From positions 1,634,794 through 1,698,793 of the forward strand of contig NW_003526945.1 in NCBI RefSeq assembly GCF_000181795.1: DNA of 64,000 bases, given 5' to 3'. Shown here piece by piece: positions 52,694 to 64,000 of the stretch; position 1 is the stretch's first letter; each line of letters starts with the position of its first letter. A program made the translations under genes and the position numbers. The notes under the pieces are model-generated. The model was not told the origin of the DNA. It saw only the letters and a program-made list of their open reading frames with translations, and ran no database searches. This DNA comes from Trichinella spiralis. Taxonomy: Eukaryota.

Positions 52694-53388
52694 ATGTTTT
52701 CGCGCGAACGTTTCCAACAGTTGCTCAGGCGTAGCGAAGAGCTAATCGACGTGCTGAGTGGATATCGAAATCCTGCACTGCGGTCGGTAGCTATGGAACG
52801 CCTGATTAGTGAAGAATTTTTACCTGAGCTTTTCAAAAGGATCCCGCAGCCACCAATCCCTTGGGGATACTTTATTAGAAGGCAGGCGAGGATGACGATT
52901 ATGACCAACGTGTATCCATTCAACGTGGCTAGTCGAATTATCGGACCAGCCGGCAGCACGATTCGGGCGATGTCACGTTACAGTGGATGCAGACTTGTAT
53001 TATCGAGCGTGGCACAGAGTGTGTTGAACATTGACATCATCTCCGAAGATTTTCAGGGTGTGGTTGATTGGAGAATTGGAAAAGCCATCGAAGCGATTCA
53101 GTACGTTGTGAAGGATGAAAACTGCGAAGTTTCTTTGAATCAACTTGCTGAACAGGCTGTTAGACGGGGTTGTCGCACATTTCCCCGTATGATGCCTCAA
53201 CCTAATCGGAGAAATTTCGCTGGTGCCAATGAATGCAGGATTGTGGTAGAAAACGAGAATACCGATGAAGAAACAGAATATACAGCTAAATCGTTCGATT
53301 CTTCCGACGGAGAGTAAGTAATTGTTAATGCGTTACAATATTAATTTTGATTATTAATTTTTTTCTTATTTTTAGCGAACCAGAATGA
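52694..53388 (+). CDS. Divergent STAR-family KH protein, copy C
   Basis: AMERLISEEF (QUA1-like 'ERLLDEEI'); VYPFNVASRIIGPAGSTIRAMSRYSGCRL; VSLNQLAEQAVRRG. Intron ~53314-53375, then micro-exon. Confidence 0.82.
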
Positions 53389-55282
53389 AGTCGACAAACC
53401 CATTATCTACTGATCCGTTATTTGAATAACGACCCATCACCATTTGCTTAATTTTCATCTAATTATATATAAATTTCACTGATTTCTTTTATCCGAATTG
53501 TATCATGTAGTAGTTTTCATTATCATTCACTTCATCGTTCACTGATGAATATCATTGATTCAATTCAATTTCACATGATGAAAATTTACGTAGTATTAGC
53601 GATCACTGATTATCAATTTGATTTGTTCGAATAAAAGTTAATTATAATTATGAGTTGTGTTTTTTTTTGTTTAGAATTTGAAAAAATGCACATACAGTTT
53701 CGAATTGTCAAGTTCAAATTATGCTTTCCGTAATTTTGTGATTTCGACGCCCACGCGCCCGCGTATCAATTTGTCAACGACCAACAGGCGAAAAGTCACA
53801 GACAAATAACGCGGCTGTGGCGTGTTTGTAATTGTTGAAAATTGAAAATCCAGAAAAATTCTGACAATTGTGAAAATTTTCTATTGTTGAATAATTTGGT
53901 TGTTAATTTTAAAATTTTTTAAAAATTATTTTGATTGTGTAAAAGTTGCTTTCGAATACAGAAAATAGTTTGTCAACAAAAAGTTGAAAAGTTAAAATAG
54001 AATTTATGCTGACGTAACACAGTTGAAATGAACAATAACATTACAGTAGGATTTTGAATTTGCCAGTGGTGGGTTAAATTTTCACTTCGTCCGGTTCGAC
54101 AAATTTCAAACAATATTTCCACTTTGATCTTTTCCCCTTATTCTGATGTCGAAGAAAAATTATCATAATTTTGAGGTGAATTTGACGCGTAGAAAACCGG
54201 TTTGTGAAACGTCGGCCGCGAAGTTGCGATTCGTAATCGGCCGAAAACGATAAAATTCGATCAATTTTTTGACGGCCATTTTGACCTGCTTGTGCTGACG
54301 TCATCACAACTATTCGATCACCGTTCGAATAAAATGCCGATAAAATAAACTCGACGAAACTAATAAAAAAAATGCAACTTATTTTACTCTTCTCTATTCA
54401 AGTGATTGAAAATTCAAATTCATCAAAAATTAATATGAAAAAAACATATACATTCATAACACAAATGTTAAACTATTCTTCCTCTTATTCGCATCATCTA
54501 TTCATATCTAAATAGAAACAAATAAAAACATCTGCATGTTAATATTTTTTTTCTTTCAACTTTCACTTCAACGCTACCGTATCAATCGTGTATATTCTTG
54601 ATAATCAACAGTATATTTTTTATTTTTTGATCGTATAACAGTTGAGTTTTTTTTTAATTTTGAATTCACATACTTTTCTACTCTTTTATTCATGTCAATG
54701 TAGCTCAGGCTGGGAACGGAAAAAGATGTCCACGTTGGGCAAGACGATGAACTTGGCTATGGACAACAACCGGCCGATGCTAGAATTAAAAATTTTCATA
54801 TTTGTCGCATAATGAAAAAAAAGCAAAGATAACAAAATTATAAGTTGAAATGTGAAAAGGAGAAAAAAAATATTTCCAATTATGAGCTGCATTGGAGAAT
54901 GTGTTTGAAACAAGAAAAACGAAAAACTTAAATTAACCACGCAAACAGTATGATCGAACGTTTCTGTTGCTTCTTCATTGACCGATGAAATAATTGTGAT
55001 TGTAAAGATTTTATTTTCAAAATTAATATCACCATTTCATTTTATTATTTTTTCAAAGAATATATCATCAAAATTTACCATCAACTGGAAATTGATCGTG
55101 AAATTCTACAGTATAACTGATTTGTCTGACTCATTTTTTCTTCCTCAAAACTTTTGTTCTATTTTATCTGTTGTTCATTTTGATATTCACTTCATTTGTA
55201 TAAAAATGGGAATAAATATTTCGTGAAGCTGCTTGTTTTTTTTTCTTTATTTTTTTTCCTATAAATATTATTCATTTTAGAG

Positions 55283-57866
55283 ATGGACTGTTCAGGTTTG
55301 GAGAAAATTCACTTGGACATTGGCTTGATCAGTTGCTACGCATTTAACAAAGATCGAACAAGTAAACTTCTATCGAAACATGCATTATTATTTGTGTTTT
55401 TATTTTGTTTAATATGACTTTTTTGTTATGTTTTCTATTTTATGATGAATAAATTAATGAATTGAAGTTTTTTCCATTTGAAGAAGTTGCTGTTTCATCG
55501 AACACTAACGAAGTGTTCATCTATGCACTGAAGTGTGGAGATTGGGTTAGGACTGACGTTTTCAAAGATCACAATTTACGCGTCACTGGGATCGATTGGG
55601 CTCCAGAGACAAATCGTATCGTCACCTGCGCTCAGGTATAGGTTTTTTTTCTTTCAAATTACCATTTCCCATGTTGGCAAATCGACTAATTTTAAAATGA
55701 TCTTAATTAATTTTTTTTTGTTTTTCTCTAGGACAAAACTGCTTATGTGTATAATTACAATGGGGAAAAATGGATTTTCAGTTGTGTTGTAGCGCGGCTT
55801 TATCGGGCAGCTACTTGTGTGAAATGGTCTCCATCGGGTATGTTAATTTTTGTATTGCTGTTTCAATAGAATATTTGTGTTGATGTTTCAGAAACGAAAT
55901 TTGCAATTGGAAGTTGCTCGAAAGTGGTTGCCGTATGTTCTTATGTTAAAGAAACGGACTGGTGGGTCGCCAAACCGATACGAAAGCAAATTTATTCGAT
56001 GATATCATCGGTTGACTGGCATCCGAACAATGTTCTCCTAGCCGTTGGTGGAATGGATTTTCGAGTATATAAATGCGAGCAATGTTATTTATTTCTACTA
56101 TATCCTTTCTTGATTTAGACTAGAGTTTATTCCGCTTATATGAAAGAATTGGACGGTGACAAGCCTATTGGTAGCTGCTGGTCGGTTAAAAACGAACCAT
56201 TTGGCACTCTTCTGGCCGAATATACTGGTCACAACAGTAATTTATATTATTTGAAAATGCATTATATTTTTTTTAAATTGTTTTCATATTGCTAATTTCA
56301 AGTGTCTTGGATTAATGCTGTTAAATTTTCACCCAGCGGAGACCGACTATGTTGGGTCAGTCACAATTCCACCATCTATATGGTCGATTCTCGTGGCAAG
56401 AGGTTTGTTTCTTCAGTTGATTAATTAATTAATAGCTTTTTTCTTTTAACTTTTTTCTTTCAAAATTGAATTTATCATTTTTCTTTGCAATCTTTGAGAA
56501 ATCTTATTGGCATGAATTCATCGCTTGGTACATTCATTATTATTATTATGTTGTTCAGTTTTGCCAATTTTTCAGTTCTGAAGAATCGACGAAAAAGTCA
56601 CCCAAAGTAGGAAGGTAAACATATTTTATTTAAATAATTTTCATTTTCTGTTTCTTTTTTTATATTTATGATTTTTTCATACAGAATGGTTTCTTTGAAG
56701 ACTCCGTTTTTACCCTTTTCATCTGTAATTTGGCTTAACAACGATGAAATAGTTGCCGGAGTGAGTTTGCAGTATAATATCCAAATGAACAGTTGAGCAA
56801 TATTTTGTTTTTAATTTTTTGCAATTTTCAGGGCTTCAATTGTTTCCCAGTGCTTTATCGTGTGAACAAAGACGCAAACTTGGAATTCGTTTGTAATCTG
56901 GATTTACCATCGACGAAGAAATCTGCCCCGATGAGGTGAAAATATTTGATGCTTTTTTTGTTGAATTTTTTCTTAATCAATGTTTTATTTTTCAGTCCAA
57001 TGGTGATGTTCAAAAATTTGGAAAGTCGAGCAGATTCGTCCAATGACAATGATATTCATCTGAAAACTCTCCATCAAAGTGCTATCACGTATTGTTATTA
57101 TTAGCAGCTTGTCGCATTGAATTCATCATTAATTTTTATTTATTAATTTTTAGTCAAATTCGTCCACACACTACTGATCGTACTGGCAATGTATCTGTAT
57201 TTAGTTCTGCTGCTTACGATGGATTGTTGATACTTTGGGACGCAAATGTGAGCAAACTATGTCGTTTAATTAAATGCTTTTTATTTTATTTTACTTTTTC
57301 TAATAAAATTTCCTATTAGAAAATTTTTCACGCAGTGCAGATTTAACTATTAAATCTGTTCGACTATAAATGGTAAAGTTTTGAGAGTGTATTTTAGAAG
57401 GAATTTCATTGTGAATTATGAGCTAATTAAAAAATCTTTTGTCTTGCTTTTTTAATTAATAATTTTGTTTTTATTTCATTGTAGGAAACTGTACACTTCT
57501 GTCAGGTAAAATAGCACGAGATTTGAATATTAGAGATGTTAAAACATTTTCTAGTGTTTGCTAGTTGCTTGACATACCAATATATAGATGCAGACAGACA
57601 CAAATACTCGTTTATATATACATATGTATAGAATTTTTTTTATTGTAGGCATGAAAATTTGAAACTAATATTTTATTGTCTTGTAATTATGGACTTGAGA
57701 GTTTCTAGTGTCAGCTTGACGATTTGTTTTTACTAATAATAATGGACTGCGATGTGTATTTTGTAACCTAGTGTTTAGTTATTAACATTTTCCAATCTGG
57801 ATTATATAATAATATTTATGGTTTTTGTTTCAGAAGCTGAAAGCCAATTCATCGGTAGGCCTTTGA
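55283..57866 (+). CDS. ARPC1: Arp2/3 complex subunit 1 (p41, ARPC1), multi-exon
   Basis: [113 protein letters not shown]. Confidence 0.93.
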
Positions 57867-58965
57867 ATCGCTACAACTGAACAAAATGAAAGATGATGCA
57901 TGTTTGTTGATTGGTAAAGCAGAACAAACACTGGATCAACCGTTTTGCGTTTATTATTTTTTTATTTACGTTTCAACTTATCATTGGCGTTAATATTAGC
58001 TTATATTATTTCACTTTTGCTATTCAGGATCATATTTCGTAGTGTAGTTGAAATTTTACATTGCACATTGTTGTTCTATGAGCTCAACAGCAACTGATTT
58101 CTATAATCGATAATCATTGCCAATTTCTATCAGAACACAGACGTTTGGTTATTTGGCAGTTGTTTCATTCAAGAGAACCAATGTGAAGCGTGCGAAAATA
58201 TTTATACTCCATTGTTCAGTTTTTATAAGGGAAGAATTATTACTCTTCCATTATAGATATGAAGAAGTAATAAATGTTTATTGAAAAAAAATGTTCTTTT
58301 AATTTCGAATAATTGAAGTTTTTTCTTTTAAATTTTAGTAAAACTGTGAAACAGGTGAAAGTCTTCAGGGATCTTTCCATAACTGAAAATAGAAGATTAA
58401 TAACAGACGAAGGAAATTTGTTCCTTTTTTTTCTTTCAAATTTCAAATAGTACATTTTATACGTGAAAATTGATTTCATTCAAGTAAAAATTGATTTTAA
58501 TAGGGCAATATACAGTTTTAAATGGAAATAAAGTACAATTTATTATTTTGAAATACAGTTTGTGGATGTTTATCTTATATTATGCTAGTAAATTAAAAAT
58601 TTATTATCCATTTGTTTATATTACTTATTATTTATTAGTATTAGAATGTCGAATTGTCGATGAATTTTGTACTTGATTGTTGAATTTTGTAGCCACGTAA
58701 AAATTTACTTGAACACTTTTGTAATCTAATAATGTAAATTGCCTATAATTTAATTTTTTATCTTAAATACATTAATGTTTAATAAATAAATTCATTTATT
58801 TACACATGAATATCTGTAGCAATCTTCGTAATGTTTATCCTTCGATCAGATTTTTGTAGTGTTTATACTGTATTGCCCATATATTATTGTCTATATTGCT
58901 TCTATTGCGTTCTTAACCGTGGGAATTGCTAGCGCGTTGTGTGAGTCGAACGAATTTTGGAAAAT

Positions 58966-61900
58966 ATGACTGCTTATGAACGTTTACCACCTTCTGTCAA
59001 ACCCAAACATTATGACTTGTGGCTGAAGATTTTTGAGACGAATTTTACAGCCAAAGTTTCCATTGATATAGAAGTAAGGAAATTGGTTCTTTACTCATTT
59101 CCTATAGTTTATTTATTTTATCAGTGTTTAACCGTTTATAGTTAACAATTTAGCAATATTTAACAGTTAATGGCAATAACGTTTATTTAACAGCAACTTA
59201 AACAGTTAACTAAAAGCCGACTGTTAAAGTTTCTTACACTTATTCAATATGGTTTATACTGATGATGAATTGATATAATAAACATTTTATTTTATTTTAT
59301 TTTATTGTCATCAGTGTTTGTTTTATTAACGTAATTTGAATTTGATTAACTCTTGAAGTTCGTAAAATTGTAAGTGAATAAGGTGAATGAATATATATGA
59401 GTATGTGTGATATTTTGCAAGTAGTATATATTGTATTGAAAGTATCATTCTTGTTTATATGGTTATTTATTTGATTTCTTTACATCTCAGTTTATTTTAT
59501 GCATTTTGTAACAGGTCTGTGATACTATTTGGTTTGATTTTAGATCTTCAGCAATGTGAACAGTATTACCCTGAACAGCAGTGAACTCGTAATCACTGAT
59601 GCGACTTTGGTACTTCAGAAAAAAAGTAATGTGCTTTATTTCAAACGGTGGTTTTACTTTAATAATATTAATTTTCGTTCAGCTTATGAAAAGTTGGACG
59701 TCAGTTATGATGAGCATTTTGGGACCGCAAAAATGGCACTTCCAGAGACGATAGCACCTCAGCTTGGAAAGTTGCATTTGACATATAATGGTATCATAAA
59801 GGATACGCTGAAAGGGTTGTACAAATGTACTGTTGAAGATGAAAAGCCGTTCACGCTTCTTGTTACTCAATTTGAAGTGAGTATGAAAGGGAATGGCTTT
59901 GTTAAAAATGTTTGTAGCATAAACTGTTTTACTGTAATTTTTTAAACTAAATTTTGGTATAGTAAGTAGTTTCATCTTTTAAAAAATTGTTTAAGTAAGA
60001 GTTATTATAATAAATGAAAATGTTTTGTTATTGGAATTTTATTTGAACTTCGTTTGATAAAATAAAACATTCTGTTCTATTAAATTTGATTTTTGCTCGT
60101 TTCAGTCTAGGTATGCTAGATGTGTTCTACCTTGTTGGGATGAACCGGTATATAAGGCCACATTTACCGTCGCTTTGACGGTTCCAGAACAGTTGACGGC
60201 AATTTCTAACATGGTAATTAAAATTATTTTCCACTCAAAACTTTTTCAGCTGATGCTTTGCATTTATAGCCGGTGGAAAAAGTGACTGAAAATGAACCTG
60301 GGTGGAAGATGTTTGAATTTCAGAAATCCCCAGTGATGTCTACATATTTATTGGCATTTGTCATTGGTAAACTAGAATTTGTGGAAGTATGTTTTTTCAT
60401 ATTTTATTTCTTTTTTTTCATTATCTGTTTTTGTAATTTTTAGAAAACCGTCGGCAATACTGTTTGCCGGGTTTATACCGTTCCTGGCAAGTCGAATCAA
60501 GGCCTTTTTGCATTGGATGTGCGAATTTATTTTATTTCTATTATTCACAACTACTATTAGATGCTGTCCATATATTTTTTAAAAATATTTTTACTTGATT
60601 TTTCAGGTGATGATTTCTGCTTTGAAATTCTATGAAAATATTTTTCAAGTTCCATATTCGCTGCCGAAATTGGATCTGGTCGGTATTCCGAACTTCGAAG
60701 CCGGTCAGTTGTTGTTCGAAGCTTCTTCGCCGATGCATGTATATATTTCACGTGTTGATCTTTACAGGAGCTATGGAAAATTGGGGCTTGGTCACATACC
60801 GTGAATCATGCCTTCTTCTCAAAAGTGGCGTCACTTCTGCTCGAGTGCGACAGAACATTGCGCTGACAGTTGCACACGAAATTGCGCACATGTGGTTCGG
60901 AAATTTGGTCACAATTGTAATAATATTAATATGCAAATTTTGGATTGCAGAGTGCAAATATGTATATATACATATATTTCTTCTTTTTTCCCAGGAATGG
61001 TGGACGTTTTTGTTTTTAACCGAAGGCTTTGCAACTCTAATGGAGAACATTTGCGTTGATCACATATTCCCAGAGTTTGGCATTTGGGGACAGTTTGTAA
61101 CCGATCACATTTCATACGCGATGGCCATGGATGCATTGCGCAGTAGCCATGCAATTGAGGTTGTGCTTTCGTGTTGTTCAGATTTCATATTATTGTTGTT
61201 TCTCTTGAACTTGAACTACTGTTGCTACTTGGGATAATATTTCAGGTTGAAATTTCTGATCCGGAAGAAATTGATTCTATTTTTGATGCTGTTTCGTATT
61301 CAAAAGCTGCTTGTGTGATCAAGATGTGGAAGGACTATATGGGCGAGGAGGTTGGTTGGTTGACGTTTGTTGCAAGTGATAATTTTTACCATTGCATCTT
61401 TGAATTTTAGCAATTTTACAAAGGCTTGCAATTGTATTTGCGAAAATATTCCTATCAGTGTGCTACAATGGAAAATTTGATTCAAATGTTGGAGAGTGTC
61501 TCCAAAGGCAAGTGTTTGATGAAAATGGCTTTCAATTGGACCCAGACAACTGGTTTTCCAATGGTGGAGGTATATATGTATATATATGTTTTTAAATGAT
61601 TCCTCAACTTTTGTTCATTCAAATGTTGCTTATGCATGTATATGTAGTTTTTAACTATTTATTAGGTGTCAATGGAGAAAGTGAATGGAACGAGAAGGTT
61701 GTTGTTTTCTCAAAAACGATTTTTAGCTGACGGTTCTGAAGGCAAGTTATTATTTTTAATAAATATGCGTATATTAATTTTTTGAATGATATTATTTTCC
61801 AATTATTTTTAGATGAAAATAATTCACTGTGGCAAATTCCAATTTCAATCAGTGATTCCGGCAAGGCTATTCATTATTACTTGTTGAATGAACGTAGTGG

Positions 61901-63478
61901 TTGTTTTGAAATGGGCGAACAAACCAATGATGCCAATCAATTTATTAAAGTGATATATCAATGATTGAAGTTTGTTTGGAAAGTTTTATTATAATTTTAT
62001 GTGATATTTCTTTGTAGATCAATCACAACTATTCCGGATTTTATCGTGTCAAGTACAGTGATGAGATGTTGCGAATGTTGCTTCCTGCCGTAGAGGCGAA
62101 AGTGCTCGACGAGGCTGATCGATTCAGTTTGTGTGCTGACAGTTTTGCTTTTGTAACTTTCAAACTATTGTTGTTGTTGTTGTTGTTGTTTACTGTTTGT
62201 TTGTTTGGAAATTGTTCTAGGTGACCGCTGGCTATACGACGGTTTATCAGTATTTGAACATGTTGGACAGTTTCAAAAATGAAACTGATTATAATGTTTG
62301 GATGGAAATTGACCGTGCGGTGATTTTCATGGACAATTGTTTACAAAGAACACCACTGTACGGTAGGTTCAAAGCGGCAATGATACCGTTGTACGAGCAA
62401 GTGTTCAACCGTTTGGGCGTGGTTGGATCGTCGGGTGAAGGTAATTGGAAATTTTCCTTTTTTTTCTTTTTTCCCATTTTGCAAATAGTGCAAAAGTGGA
62501 TTAGTAAGCAAAAATACTGACCGAGTCAAGAAATAATCGTTCAACCATCTATCCATCCATCCATCCATTTATCTATGCTATACAGCTCACACGACGAAAC
62601 TTTTGCGGCCGATCATTATTCGTCGCATGGGCGAATACGGTCACCAGGGTGTGGTGAAGATGGCCATTCAAGAAGTGGACAATTTTCTGCTTGACGGCGT
62701 ATGGCGAAATGCAGATCTGCGTCAGATGGTATACGGTTTGTATGATTGTCGAAATCCAATTGCAGTTGTGCTTTGTAGTTTTTCATGCTCATTGCACAGT
62801 TCGGCGGTGAGCCGGGTTTTCAGAAGCTGCGTCTCATTTACGAAAGCAGCAGTTCGTCTGAAATTCGCGAACAATGCCTGATGGCCATGGGCCAATCGCC
62901 GGAGTTGAATTTGGTGAAACAAGTGCTTGAACTGACGTTGACGGTAGGCGTTTGTTGTTGTTCATTTTGCTTGCATATCCCAAATATTGGCATTCTTGGC
63001 TTATTTTTCATGATGCTCAGGACAAAGTTCTCCTCCAAGATATGTATCGTGTGTATTTCGGCGTGAGGCGGTTTGCGGAAAACAACGCCGTCGCTTGGGA
63101 ATTTTTCAAAGACAACATCCAGAACATCGTGCACAAGTGTGGCTACACGAGTAGCTGTTTGTTCATCTACATCATTGATGTTTGTGTTTTACTTTTTTCT
63201 TTTCCTCTTCACTTATGCAAATTTAGTTGGTTTGACTGTGTTCGGTTGATTTGCTTATATTGTTCTTTCACATCAATTAATTGTAGTCGTTGTTTTCTCG
63301 TCAATGTTGCATGGTGAAAGCGAAAGAGATGGAAGACTTTTGCCGGGGTGTCAATTTGATCACTGTCGGCAGTGAGTTGCGTTTCAAGCAGGCGTTGGAG
63401 TGCGTCGAAGTGAATGCGAAGTTTCTGGAACGGAATTTGCCTTCCGTTGAACGATGGCTAATGGAAAAGGGCTTCTGA
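58966..63478 (+). CDS. Puromycin-sensitive aminopeptidase-like M1 zinc metallopeptidase (NPEPPS/PAM-1 type), multi-exon
   Basis: [67 protein letters not shown]; HEIAH-x18-E; DALRSSHAIEV; C-terminal ERAP1-like helical domain. Confidence 0.93.
62168..62190. repeat. (TTG)n microsatellite in an aminopeptidase intron
   Basis: About 7 TTG units. Confidence 0.85.
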
Positions 63479-64000
63479 ACGGCGAAACTAGGCTTAATAA
63501 TAATTTCAATGAAGCTGCAACTACAACACCGGTAGCAATTGTTTTCCCACGTTTGCTTTGCTTTGCTGTCGAATGCTTAGGAGAAGAGTTGAATCTTTCT
63601 TTGGCCGACGTGTTGCATTCATTATCGTAAAGTTGCTTTTTAGGTAAAGATGGTGTTGGTTTTTTCCGTATCCCTCCCTCTCTCTGTCTCCTCCCCCTCT
63701 ATTTCAGACAGTGTTCATTTGTGTGAAATGATCTTTTGTTGTTGCCATGCTTTTTTCATCACCGATCTTGCACTTCACTACACACTATATATGATTATTG
63801 TTCGTTATTTTATTTTGGTCGTGCGAAAAAGAAATTGTATTTCATCTCAGGGTGATGGACATGGTTGTGTGCGATGATGTTTGGTCATCATTATCTCTGT
63901 TGTTCTCCATATCACTTTTGTTGTAGTTCTTTTCTTCCCAATAATGTCTGTGGTATATGATAATAATAATAAGAAGAAGAAGAATAAGAATATATTCAGC

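Noticed and set aside
43004..53635. Possible transposon or CRISPR-like explanation for the repeats
   Set aside because: No transposase or RT ORF, terminal inverted repeats, LTRs or repeat-spacer periodicity seen; the context is eukaryotic.
54200..54310. GC-rich inverted repeat (cggccg...cggccg) and TGACGTCA upstream of ARPC1 as a possible ncRNA
   Set aside because: No tRNA or snRNA hallmarks; more simply ordinary promoter sequence.

Overview
AT-rich, intron-containing eukaryotic (animal) genomic DNA. Short GT-AG introns and gene content suggest a nematode, plausibly Trichinella-like; this is an inference, not a database result. Genes in order: CSPG4/NG2 (kon-tiki)-like receptor (+), a poorly defined minus-strand spliced gene, ZDHHC1/11-type palmitoyltransferase (+), OXA1-type insertase (-), divergent MYST acetyltransferase (-), PLEKHM1-like RUN/Rubicon-homology protein (-), intronless TBC1D20 (+), CCDC58/MIX23 (+), RCC1L/WBSCR16 (-), L-lactate dehydrogenase (+), a Ly6/three-finger GPI-type protein (-), a tandem array of four divergent mini-STAR (QUA1-KH-QUA2) RNA-binding genes (+) inside a ~5.35-kb duplication that contains an assembly gap, ARPC1 (+) and a puromycin-sensitive M1 aminopeptidase (+). 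The most unusual part is the 42.7-53.7 kb array. Its proteins have altered GXXG loops and a truncated KH variable loop. The copies share a promoter (TACGTG, TATA box, Inr 30 bp later) and a conserved 13-nt terminal coding micro-exon. The array also carries relics of an antisense gene and of a lost extra copy. Exon boundaries were read by eye and are approximate.
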